From positions 128,001 through 192,000 of the forward strand of contig JBMOPW010000035.1 of assembly GCA_049322915.1 (NCBI GenBank): a DNA stretch of 64,000 nt, written 5' to 3'. A program made the position numbers and the translations under genes. Origin of the DNA: Candidatus Zhuqueibacterota bacterium (GTDB lineage Bacteria > Zhuqueibacterota > Zhuqueibacteria > Thermofontimicrobiales > Thermofontimicrobiaceae). Position 1 is the first letter of the stretch, and the number at the start of each line of letters is the position of its first letter. Positions 30,221 through 39,565 of this stretch are shown piece by piece. Under the pieces are notes generated by a model, which was given only the letters and a program-made list of their open reading frames with translations, was not told the origin of the DNA and ran no database searches.

Positions 30221-30445
30221 TGAGCCTGATGCGAACATCGCTGATAAATGAAAAGACATCAGACAACAAAGTAGCTATCATTAACGATGATGTTCACGCT
30301 CTTTCGAAATTTATTTAACTCACCCGAATGTTGCAGACTAATTAGAATGGATCGAGTGTCGGGTCAGCCTATTCGCAAAATGGTTCGGCGCTTGTTCCGG
30401 CAACATTCAAAAAATTCTTCATCATTATTTTATTGGAGGTGTATC

Positions 30446-31150
30446 ATGGATACATTCGTTAACCCGATTCCAGGAATCAAACTGGAAAAAATGTTTGCTT
30501 TCGATTTTCCTCTGGGGTCTACTTCTAAGGATTATCAAACTCCCGGATGCAAGCGGAATGTGGATTTGAACAATCCGAATGGCCAGGGCGAAACCCCAAC
30601 ATCTGAGGTTCCAACTCAGGAAGGTATTTATGGCAAGTTGGGCAATCCCAAACGTCACCAGGGATTTCCCTCTGTTATGGAATGGCCCACTCCTGAAGCC
30701 GAAGATCCTGATATGCAAGACCAGATCGTGGATATCGACCGCGAAGCCTGCTTTGACCACACCGGTCGACTGAGCGGCTCGTTCGTGAAATACCTGGTTC
30801 AGGCAAATCATCATTCCAACGTCAAAATGACGGTTGTTCCGTTAACCCATGGAAATGGAAGCCCTGTATTAATTTGGGAGTCTGGTTTTGTGGCTCTTGT
30901 ACCGCAGGCGGCTGGTCCGAATAAGTGGTACTGGGAAGACATTGCCAAGCAGAATGAATTAATTTTCACTGCCCACGCTGTGATCAATCCGCAAAAATGG
31001 CAGTCCCTGAATTTGAAACCGGGCATCTACAAACTGGTTATCAACTGGGAATTTTGGGCAGCCACCGGAAAAGTCAGAGAGAGAATGCCTATTTCCGGAT
31101 TCGATGAATCAGTATCGTTCGAACTCTCTGCTCCGACAATCGATCTGTAA
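30446..31150 (+). CDS. Hypothetical 234-aa cytoplasmic protein, probable beta-rich C-terminal domain
   Basis: GGAGGT RBS 5 nt before ATG 30446; no signal peptide; followed by a terminator hairpin. Confidence 0.7.
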   Translation: MDTFVNPIPGIKLEKMFAFDFPLGSTSKDYQTPGCKRNVDLNNPNGQGETPTSEVPTQEGIYGKLGNPKRHQGFPSVMEWPTPEAEDPDMQDQIVDIDREACFDHTGRLSGSFVKYLVQANHHSNVKMTVVPLTHGNGSPVLIWESGFVALVPQAAGPNKWYWEDIAKQNELIFTAHAVINPQKWQSLNLKPGIYKLVINWEFWAATGKVRERMPISGFDESVSFELSAPTIDL

Positions 31151-31210
31151 AAAAGTGTTCCCATTCTCCCAATCCAGGGTTGATTGTGACGTTTAGTACC
31201 CAAACCAAAT

Positions 31211-31251
31211 ACGGCCATCCATTTCTCCCGATCCGGGCTATGGATGGCCGT
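31211..31251. terminator. Hairpin between convergent genes, probable bidirectional terminator
   Basis: ACGGCCATCCAT / ATGGATGGCCGT perfect 12-bp stem. Confidence 0.7.
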
Positions 31252-31294
31252 CTTAATTTCGAGTCTTCATCACATGAAATTGTGATAAAACAGG

Positions 31295-31519
31295 CTAATT
31301 CAAATTGGTGTAAATGTCCTGGTATTCGGCGGGCGCGTAACGTCCGGTATGATTAACATTCCTCTTTGCATTACGAATGATCACTTGACCGTTACGCCAG
31401 TTTTCCCGAAGTTCATAATTGCAGCGAGGGCAGGTGTAAATAATCCAATCACCATCCCGGGTGGAATCACACGTATGTCTTTCCGGAACAGATGAGGAGC
31501 CATTGTTAAATTCTGTCAT
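31295..31519 (-). CDS. 74-aa putative zinc-ribbon protein
   Basis: GAGGTGG RBS; HTC...CPRC...H candidate metal ligands; convergent terminator downstream. Confidence 0.6.
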   Translation of the reverse strand: MTEFNNGSSSVPERHTCDSTRDGDWIIYTCPRCNYELRENWRNGQVIIRNAKRNVNHTGRYAPAEYQDIYTNLN

Positions 31520-31741
31520 TTTCCACCTCTACTGGTTACTAGTACAGAGTTCTTCACCCAATTATAGCGCATTCCATCCGAGCGTCGAATGCTGAATGCG
31601 CTCTTAAAGACAAGTTAACTTCACATACGCATTTGGTCGTGTCGCTATGGTTCAAAAATTATATCCACGCTTGTTCAATATAATAGATATTTTTTTACTA
31701 AAAATCAAATACTATTTTTGTAATAATAAAGGAATTATATT

Positions 31742-33655
31742 ATGACAGAACATAATATCGCTCCGAAAAACTGGGCTCTGACCTATCGCGCTCTGAACAG
31801 GGCGTTGACTCACTATTCAAACGATCCTGATATTTCCCTCATCGATGTGGGATTTCGGATTCGCACTTCAAATGAAAATCAAATTCTGCCGGAGTTAGCA
31901 GTGAGATTTCATGTCAAAAAGAAGTTGACTGGCGGGGAATTCAGAAATCTGGTGATGCATTTTCCCCATCGGGAGATTGACGCGAACAGGATAGGTTTTG
32001 CCGTCGATGTGATTGAAGCAAACTATTCCTTAAATGCATCAATCCAGGAAACAGATGGTGCGTTGCAACAATTCCAGGAAAATCAAAATCTTCATGGCGG
32101 AATTCGCATCGCCAATTCACAAAATAATCATGCCGGCACATTGGGAGGATTTGTCAGGGATCGCTACTCTGGTACTAATATGATTCTCAGCACCTGGCAT
32201 GTGCTTGCCGGCTCATGGAATACGCAACAGGGAATCCCTGTTTGCCTACCGGCAGATTCAACAGAAAGACGCAATCAGCCTGAGTTTGTTGCTGAATATA
32301 CGAGAAGTGCGATCGCACATCACTTTGACGCCGCAGTGGCATGCTTGAAAAATCAATATAACTGTCATAACAACCAGTCAGGAATCGGGCCTGTGAACGG
32401 GGTGACCGCGCCCCGACTGGGGATGAAAGTAATGAAATCCGGCGCCGGCACAAACGTGACGTCAGGTATCATCACAGGAATATCAGGCTGCCTGGTTCAG
32501 AATTATTATGGGCGCCAGTACTCTATTCGTTCGGTAATTCATATTTTGCCCTTGCAACGAAATACTGAAATGTGCGCTTCCGGTGATTCCGGCGCCTGGT
32601 GGTTGGAACAGTCAACTTCGTACGCTGTGGGCTTGCATATTGCCGGAAATTCAGATGCATCTTCTTCGCTCGCAGTGAATATGCAGGATGTCTTAGATGT
32701 GTTGGAAGTTGATGTCATCACTGAACGCAGCGGGCCTTCATGGCTGCCAAAAGCTACAACTCTTTCAGATAAATCTAAAACTGAAAATAACTATCAATCC
32801 ATTCGTTCTACGCCAGAAGAAAATGAGGCATCGCCAATGAGTCCCGCGATTATAAAATATCAACATCCCGGACAGTTTGTCCCTGTTAATTTTCAATCAA
32901 TTCCTGAGCATACTGCAAAAAGAAACTATCGAAAAATTGTTTTCACAAAGATCGTATTATTATTACACCAAAATATCAGGAGTATAGTCAGGAGTTTTAT
33001 CTATCTATTTTTCTTGTTGATGAGCTACTTCACCGTTTCAAATTTTAATTCCAACAATGAACCAAAACCAGATCAGCTCCTGAATCAAATAAATCATTTG
33101 CATGAGGTGGCACAACAGATTTCAGCCATCCGGCAAATCGATGCACTGCGCGACAGAAGGATCAAAAAGATAGTTTCCATTATTGATAAATACAATGAAC
33201 GAATGGCGCCTGAACTGAAAGTCAGCATCGCCAGTGAGATTTTTGAGATGACCATCAGGTACGAGAATCTCGATATTGAATTGATCTGCGCGACAATTAC
33301 GCATGAAAGCGCCCTGACATGGAATCCTGAAATCGTTTCGCCGGTCGGGGCAATGGGATTGATGCAGATTTTACCCACGACCGGCAGTTACCTGGCTCGC
33401 CAGGAGGGAATTTTAGATTATCAGGCAAAAGAAATACTTTTCAATCCAAATTATAATATTCGTCTCGGCTGCCGCTATTTATCCAATTTAATTGAAGTTT
33501 ACAGCATCGATGGCGGTTTGGCCGCTTATAACGGAGGAATGAAACGAGCTGAAAAATGGGTGCGAAGCGGGCGTGCTGATGGTATTTTGCACGAAGAAAC
33601 GGCGCTCTATGTCCCGTCAATTTTAAAATTTTATGAAATGTTTAAATGTATGTGA
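31742..33655 (+). CDS. Trypsin-like (NAL1-like S1) serine protease fused through a TM helix to a lytic transglycosylase (SLT) domain
   Basis: GTLGGFV, STWHVL (His), DAAVA (Asp), VMKSGAGT.VTSG, SGDSGA (Ser); TM SFIYLFFLLMSYFTV; THES (Glu), GAMGLMQILP, NIRLGCRYL, LAAYNGG, ET..YV. Confidence 0.88.
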   Translation: MTEHNIAPKNWALTYRALNRALTHYSNDPDISLIDVGFRIRTSNENQILPELAVRFHVKKKLTGGEFRNLVMHFPHREIDANRIGFAVDVIEANYSLNASIQETDGALQQFQENQNLHGGIRIANSQNNHAGTLGGFVRDRYSGTNMILSTWHVLAGSWNTQQGIPVCLPADSTERRNQPEFVAEYTRSAIAHHFDAAVACLKNQYNCHNNQSGIGPVNGVTAPRLGMKVMKSGAGTNVTSGIITGISGCLVQNYYGRQYSIRSVIHILPLQRNTEMCASGDSGAWWLEQSTSYAVGLHIAGNSDASSSLAVNMQDVLDVLEVDVITERSGPSWLPKATTLSDKSKTENNYQSIRSTPEENEASPMSPAIIKYQHPGQFVPVNFQSIPEHTAKRNYRKIVFTKIVLLLHQNIRSIVRSFIYLFFLLMSYFTVSNFNSNNEPKPDQLLNQINHLHEVAQQISAIRQIDALRDRRIKKIVSIIDKYNERMAPELKVSIASEIFEMTIRYENLDIELICATITHESALTWNPEIVSPVGAMGLMQILPTTGSYLARQEGILDYQAKEILFNPNYNIRLGCRYLSNLIEVYSIDGGLAAYNGGMKRAEKWVRSGRADGILHEETALYVPSILKFYEMFKCM

Positions 33656-33822
33656 AAAAGCGTCTGATCACGGCAGCACATCGATCGCAAAAACTAATTC
33701 AACTCCCATCGCAGCGGTGGTGGTTTCAGCCGATTGATCGAATCCTAAAAATTTAGGCACAGCAGTTTAATGAAAATACCCCGCTAATCAAACATTCAAT
33801 AAAGTTTTCAGGTATATTCTTC

Positions 33823-33891
33823 ACCGCAATGAGCGCAAAGTAAAAGCAAGGCGCGCAAGGAAAAACTTTGCGCTCGTTGCGCCCTTGCGGT
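33823..33891. repeat. Palindromic element with periodic CGCAAxG / CxTTGCG units
   Basis: GCAATGAGCGCAAAGT (33826-33841) pairs with ACTTTGCGCTCGTTGC (33865-33880); outer ACCGCAA/TTGCGGT. Confidence 0.65.
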
Positions 33892-33933
33892 TAATCTTTT
33901 TTTCATAAACCTGTCATTCGCATTAACTCCAAC

Positions 33934-33962
33934 TTGACTTTTCTGGAATATTTACATATATT
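33934..33962 (+). promoter_or_regulatory. Sigma70-like promoter of the alpha-2-macroglobulin gene
   Basis: TTGACT-17 nt-TATATT; the TTG used as the ORF-track start is this -35 box. Confidence 0.6.
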
Positions 33963-34101
33963 TCATTCAGCCAGGAAATTTAAAAAAACCTGCTCGGAAA
34001 TCAAACATATAATTTGGCTTTTCTATTTTTCCTGTTTTTCCGTGTCATTCGTGGGCAAAAAACTAACAACCCAAAACATCCTTAACCGACGAGGCATTCA
34101 C

Positions 34102-37100
34102 ATGAAAAACGAATCCACACCGAAAGCTTCAAAAAACGCCGGCGAAAAATCACCGCGCAAAGGCGGCGCCAATTTAGTACTACTTTACAGCATCATCGGG
34201 ATACTCTCGGTGGTCATCATCGTCGGAATGGTTTTCATCATTCAACAGAATAAACGGGAAACCGTTCGCATCGAGTCGTTTTCGCCGCGGGACGAAGTGC
34301 AGCAGACTACAAACTTCACCATTACTTTTTCGCGACCGATCATTGCGGATTCAGTCGTGAACAATTGGCTGCCTGATGCGCTCATTTCGTTCCAACCGAC
34401 TATCCCCGGCCGATGGCAATGGATCGGCTCGGACAAAATTCGTTTTTACCCGGATGTGATGCTCCTGCCTTCGACGAATTATTCCGCTCAAATTTCTGCC
34501 GGCCTGCTCGTGCAATATGGTTTTATTTTACGGGGAGAAAAAACTTTCACTTTTTTCACGCCGAAATTCAAAGTCAATAGCTCATCCCTGGTTTTCGAAT
34601 TCATTCCGGAGTCGCAGCAGCAGGTGAAACTGCTGGCCTCCGTGGAATTCAACTACCCGGTCGAGCCCACGGATGTCCTGAAAAACGGGATGCTTCGCTA
34701 CAAAGACGGCAGGAACATTTCTTTCTTTGTGAAAACAACTTCAGCCCAAAAGATCATCGAACTGGAATCCGACCCGATAAAAGAAACCGAGGATGAAAAG
34801 GACATCGAGTTCGTCCTGTCCCGGGATTTGCGGCCGATAGGCGCCAACCTGGGTTTGAGTGAGGACTACACAGCGCCGATCATTTTACCGCGCCAGCAGG
34901 ATTTGAAAGTGGAGCATGTGTCGCCAATCCGCGAATCGGCGCAGCAGGGTTCCATCAAAATTCAATTCAACATGCCCGTGAATCCGAAAACTGCCGGTCA
35001 GTTCATCACTGTGGAGCCGCGACTGAGCTATCAACTGACCGCGTCGCATCATTATCTGCACATCAAAGGTCAGTTTGAAATGGACACAGCATACACCGTA
35101 ACGCTGCGACAGGGCTTGCGAGCTGTGGATGGATCGTCCCTGACGCGCGATTTTACCAGTTCGGTCTCGTTTTTGAAAGAAGATATTCCGCCGCAAATCG
35201 ATTTCGTCGGTGATGGGTTCTATCTCACGCGCAGCGGCTTTCTCAATCTGGGCATGGCGACTATCAATATGGACGAAGTGACGGTTGAAATCGATAAAAT
35301 CTATGCCAACAACATCAACTTTTTATTGAATCAAAATGACCTTGCCGAGAACAGCAGCTATTACTGGTACGACATTCACCAGATGGGAACGCGCATCGCA
35401 GAGTACGATGTGCCCATTGAAAAACTGGTGAACGAAGAAGTCGTCACTCCCATCAACATCGAAAAATATATCAGGAATGAGCATCGCGGCATTTTTAACA
35501 TTGCTGCATTTCATAAGGAACAGCGCTGGATCCGCGCGTCGAAATGGGTGATTGCTACGGACATGGGGATGGTGGCCAAAAAAGCCGGCGGCGATTTATG
35601 GGTGTGGGTGAATTCGCTCGTCTCACTTGCGCCAGTCGCCAACGCGGACATCCAGTTGCTCAGCCAGAACAACCAACTGATTGCGACAAAAAAGACGGAC
35701 GTGAATGGGCTTTGTATGTTCGAAGGCGTCCTCGCCGGCAGCGAAGAATTTCCGCCCTATCTGCTCGTCGCGACGAATGGGGACGATCTGTCCTTTCTGG
35801 AATTGACGCGGCGACAGATTGCCACAACCGATTTTGATGTGGACGGCGCGCTTTATTTGCAGCATGGCTTTGAAGCTTTCCTGTACAATGAGCGGGGCGT
35901 GTACCGGCCGGGCGAAACCGCGCGTCTCGCTGCCATGGTTCGCTGCGAAAATGCATCCGTGCCGGTGCCTTTTCCGGTGATCCTCCGCGTGTTGGGCCCG
36001 GATGAGCGCATTCACGAGGAACAGCGCGCCACGTTGAACGAGCAGGGCGCCGCGGAGTTCGCAGTGGCTTTCCCGGAGTACGTGAAGACTGGAAAATACA
36101 CAGCGCTGCTGCTGGTCGGCGAGAGCGATGAAATTGGCCGCACAAGCTTCAACGTGGAAGAATTCATCCCGGACCGGATGAAAGTCAGCCTGGCTACGGA
36201 TCGGGATGAGTATCGCGCCGGCGCGGAAATGACAGTCGATGTGCAGGGCATGACCCTGTTTGGCCCGCCAGCCTCTGGCAGACTGGTTCAGGCCGACATC
36301 GTCATCGAGCCATTCGAGTTTTCACCAGCGAAATGGAAATCCTACACATTTGGCTGCGATGAGGTCATTTTCAACCGGTTCAAACAGGACTTTGGCGAAG
36401 AATTTCTCGATGAAGACGGTACGCTCAGTTACATCTATTCCATTTCCAGTGAATTAAAAGCGCCATCCTCGTTGCGGGGAATTGTCTCGGCGACCGTGCT
36501 GGAACCCGGCGGCCGCGGCGTGAGCGGGTACAAAGGCGTCATCATTCATCCCTACGAAAGCTACGTCGGGCTGAGACAGGCCAAAGAAGGCTATGCCGAG
36601 CCGCATCGTCCGACCGAAATTCAATTTATCGCTGTCGACACGCAGGGCAATCCGGCGCCCGGTCGGGACATTGAAGTGGCCTGTTACCGGGTGTACTGGC
36701 AGTCCATCCTCAAACGCGTTGACCGGCTGGGCACCTACCGCTACGTCTCTGAAAAAGTGGAAGATCTGGTCCAAAAACTGGAAGTGACATCAGCATCGGA
36801 ACCGGGCGTATTCGCCGTGACGCCGGAAGATTACGGCAGCTATCGGGTCGTCGCCACCGATGTCAGGTCCGGCGCGGTCTCATCCATCACATTTTACGCC
36901 AGCGGTTGGGGCTATTCGCCCTGGGCACTGGACAATCCGGATCGCATCGAGTTAGACCTGGATAAAGAGCGCTACATGCCCGGCGAGACTGCCACCGTGC
37001 AGGTGCGCGCGCCATTTGCCGGCAAATTGCTGCTCACAGTGGAGCGTGAAAAAGTGCTATTCAGCCAGGTTCACACAATGACCGAAAACACCGCTGCGAT

Positions 37101-39564
37101 CAAAGTGCCCATCAAGGCCACGTTCAAACCCAACGTATACATTTCCGCGCATCTCATTCGCTCCACGGAATCGCTGGAGCGGGATACGCCGGTCCGGGCC
37201 TTCGGTGCAACACCACTGTTTTTGGACAATAGCGACAACCAGCTTTCGCTGGAATTGAAAGCGCCGGATGAGATGCGTCCGCTGGGGAAGCTAAGCATCG
37301 AACTGAAAGTGAAAAATAAAACGACCAAAACGCCATTCGTTACCATCGCTGCGGTGGACGAGGGCATCTGCCAACTCACGGAATTCGATACGCCGGATCC
37401 CCATGCGTTTTTCTTCAGCAAGAAGCGGCTCTCCGTGGAAACCGTCGATGTGTACGGCGTGGTTCTGCCGGAAATTGAGTCCGGAAAATCCTCGCCGTCA
37501 GGGGATGTGGAAGCGCAGCGAAAGCGAAGCATCACGCCGGTGAGCGTCACGCGCACGCGGCCGGTGGCCTACTGGTCCGGTCTGCTCAAAACAGACCGCA
37601 GCGGTCGCGCCCGCGTCGAATTCGATATTCCGCAGTTCAACGGCACCATCCGGATCATGGCTGCGGCGTGCGCTGACAACAACTTTGGCAATTTCGAAAA
37701 GAAAGTGCTGGTCCGCGAGCCGATTGTGCTCACGCCGACCTTTCCACGATTTGTAGCCAGCCGGGATCAATTCGTCATCCCGGTCAGTATTTTCAACGGG
37801 ACTGGCAGCGCCGGGACATTCGATGCGACCCTGAACGTGAAGGGCCCGGCCAGACTGATTCAATCCGAAGTGCAGCGAGCCACGATCGCTGCCGGCGCGG
37901 AGGGACAGGTTTTCTTCGAAGTTCAGGCCGACGAGAGCATGGGCGCGCTGGAATTCCGATTGAGCGTTCAGGGCAATGGCAAACAGACCAGCATGGCGAC
38001 GGAAATACCGCTCCGGCCGCCGGTGCCGTTCATCACGCTTTCCGGCCAGGGTTCTGTGAAACAGGGCGCACCGGCGTCGTTTCATTTCCCATCCGAATGG
38101 CTGCCCGGCACCACTGATTTTTCCATCTCTGTTTCATCGTTCCCGGCAGTGCAATTTGCCGGCAGCCTGGGGTATCTGCTCCATTATCCCCACGGCTGCG
38201 TCGAGCAGACCACCTCGCAAGTGTTCCCCCTGCTCTATTTCAGCGATCTGGCGCGGGTTGTCGAGCCGGCGCTGTTCAAACAAAATAGCGCTGAATATTT
38301 CATCGAAGAGGGAATTTCCAAACTGGAGACAATGCAGCAGCCGTCCGGCGCGTTCTCGTACTGGCCGGAAGGCGAATACATCAACAACTGGAGTTCCATT
38401 TACGCTGCGCATTTCCTCGTCGAAGCGAGACGCCTGGGCTATGAAATTTCCAACCGGGTGTACAACAAAATGATCGATGCGCTGGAAAATTTCACGCGGG
38501 ATTATCGCAGCGACGACCGCTATGGCTACGAGACCGCGGTGTACGCCTGCTACGTGCTGGCGCTGGCCAATCAACCCAGTAAAAGCACTATGCTCTACGT
38601 GAAGAACTCCAGCCACGACAAGTTGAGCGCCTATTCCCGCTATCAATTAGCCGGCGCATTCGCTCTGTCCGGCGACATGCAAACCGCGCGGGAGTTGCTG
38701 CCCAGAACTGTGGCCATCTTTCAGTCGGACCGCACCCGGGAGACCGGGCAAAATTTCAATTCGCCAATTCGCGCTCAGGCCATCATGCTCGACATCCTGG
38801 CGGAAGTGGACCCGACTCATCCGTCAGTGCCGGCGCTGATCGAAAGCATCTCTGGCGCTGCTTCGGAAAACGGGCGCTGGGGCACAACCCAGGAGAATGC
38901 GTTTGCGTTTTTAGCCTTGGGCAAAATTTTGAAGAAGCAGGAAAAAGGCAATTACACCGGGAATATCACCATCGACGGCCAAACGCTTTCGGCCATCACC
39001 CAGGACAGCCGGAATTTCTCAGCAAAAGACTGGGCCGGCAAAACAGTCCGCATCGACATACAGGGCCAGGGAACGTGTTACTATTCCTGGCGAGCCGATG
39101 GCATTCCATCGACGCTGCGCATCGATGAATACGATCACGATCTGATGGTGCGCCGCGTTTATTTGAACGAACAGGGAATTCCCATCTCCGGCGCCAGCTT
39201 CGAGCAGGGGGACATGGTGATCGCGAAAATCACGGTGAAGGCGCTCACGGAGTCGCTGGAGAATGTCGCCATTGTCGACATGCTGCCAGCAGGACTGGAG
39301 ATCGAAAATCCGAGGCTGCAATCGCGCAAGGGCATTCAGTGGATCGATCAAAATGAGCCGATCCCAACCTACATGGATATTCGCGACGACCGCATGATTA
39401 TGTACGGCAATTTTCCATTGGGTCGCGAAACGACCTTCTACTATGGATTGCGGGCAGTGGCCGAAGGATCGTTCATTCTCCCGCCCATTCGCGCCGAAGC
39501 CATGTACGCGCCCATGAAGGCGTCGGTGGCGTCGAGCGGCAACATTGTCGTTCGAAAACCGTGA
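34102..39564 (+). CDS. Bacterial alpha-2-macroglobulin (thioester-containing)
   Basis: ERGVYRPGE, VEEFIPDR, AAVDEGI, thioester motif YPHGCVEQTTS, WGTTQENA, DMLPAGLEIEN, RDDR, AEAMY; N-terminal TM anchor; GAGG RBS. Confidence 0.95.
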   Translation: MKNESTPKASKNAGEKSPRKGGANLVLLYSIIGILSVVIIVGMVFIIQQNKRETVRIESFSPRDEVQQTTNFTITFSRPIIADSVVNNWLPDALISFQPTIPGRWQWIGSDKIRFYPDVMLLPSTNYSAQISAGLLVQYGFILRGEKTFTFFTPKFKVNSSSLVFEFIPESQQQVKLLASVEFNYPVEPTDVLKNGMLRYKDGRNISFFVKTTSAQKIIELESDPIKETEDEKDIEFVLSRDLRPIGANLGLSEDYTAPIILPRQQDLKVEHVSPIRESAQQGSIKIQFNMPVNPKTAGQFITVEPRLSYQLTASHHYLHIKGQFEMDTAYTVTLRQGLRAVDGSSLTRDFTSSVSFLKEDIPPQIDFVGDGFYLTRSGFLNLGMATINMDEVTVEIDKIYANNINFLLNQNDLAENSSYYWYDIHQMGTRIAEYDVPIEKLVNEEVVTPINIEKYIRNEHRGIFNIAAFHKEQRWIRASKWVIATDMGMVAKKAGGDLWVWVNSLVSLAPVANADIQLLSQNNQLIATKKTDVNGLCMFEGVLAGSEEFPPYLLVATNGDDLSFLELTRRQIATTDFDVDGALYLQHGFEAFLYNERGVYRPGETARLAAMVRCENASVPVPFPVILRVLGPDERIHEEQRATLNEQGAAEFAVAFPEYVKTGKYTALLLVGESDEIGRTSFNVEEFIPDRMKVSLATDRDEYRAGAEMTVDVQGMTLFGPPASGRLVQADIVIEPFEFSPAKWKSYTFGCDEVIFNRFKQDFGEEFLDEDGTLSYIYSISSELKAPSSLRGIVSATVLEPGGRGVSGYKGVIIHPYESYVGLRQAKEGYAEPHRPTEIQFIAVDTQGNPAPGRDIEVACYRVYWQSILKRVDRLGTYRYVSEKVEDLVQKLEVTSASEPGVFAVTPEDYGSYRVVATDVRSGAVSSITFYASGWGYSPWALDNPDRIELDLDKERYMPGETATVQVRAPFAGKLLLTVEREKVLFSQVHTMTENTAAIKVPIKATFKPNVYISAHLIRSTESLERDTPVRAFGATPLFLDNSDNQLSLELKAPDEMRPLGKLSIELKVKNKTTKTPFVTIAAVDEGICQLTEFDTPDPHAFFFSKKRLSVETVDVYGVVLPEIESGKSSPSGDVEAQRKRSITPVSVTRTRPVAYWSGLLKTDRSGRARVEFDIPQFNGTIRIMAAACADNNFGNFEKKVLVREPIVLTPTFPRFVASRDQFVIPVSIFNGTGSAGTFDATLNVKGPARLIQSEVQRATIAAGAEGQVFFEVQADESMGALEFRLSVQGNGKQTSMATEIPLRPPVPFITLSGQGSVKQGAPASFHFPSEWLPGTTDFSISVSSFPAVQFAGSLGYLLHYPHGCVEQTTSQVFPLLYFSDLARVVEPALFKQNSAEYFIEEGISKLETMQQPSGAFSYWPEGEYINNWSSIYAAHFLVEARRLGYEISNRVYNKMIDALENFTRDYRSDDRYGYETAVYACYVLALANQPSKSTMLYVKNSSHDKLSAYSRYQLAGAFALSGDMQTARELLPRTVAIFQSDRTRETGQNFNSPIRAQAIMLDILAEVDPTHPSVPALIESISGAASENGRWGTTQENAFAFLALGKILKKQEKGNYTGNITIDGQTLSAITQDSRNFSAKDWAGKTVRIDIQGQGTCYYSWRADGIPSTLRIDEYDHDLMVRRVYLNEQGIPISGASFEQGDMVIAKITVKALTESLENVAIVDMLPAGLEIENPRLQSRKGIQWIDQNEPIPTYMDIRDDRMIMYGNFPLGRETTFYYGLRAVAEGSFILPPIRAEAMYAPMKASVASSGNIVVRKP

Positions 39565-39565
39565 T

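Noticed and set aside
30287..30445. Upstream start for the hypothetical gene
   Set aside because: No RBS; ATG 30446 has GGAGGT at normal spacing.
31742..33655. Prophage lysis or tail gene interpretation of the SLT
   Set aside because: No phage structural, terminase, holin or integrase genes anywhere in the window.
33934..34101. 56-aa N-terminal extension of alpha-2-macroglobulin in the ORF track
   Set aside because: The TTG is the -35 box of a promoter; ATG 34102 has an RBS and precedes the TM anchor.
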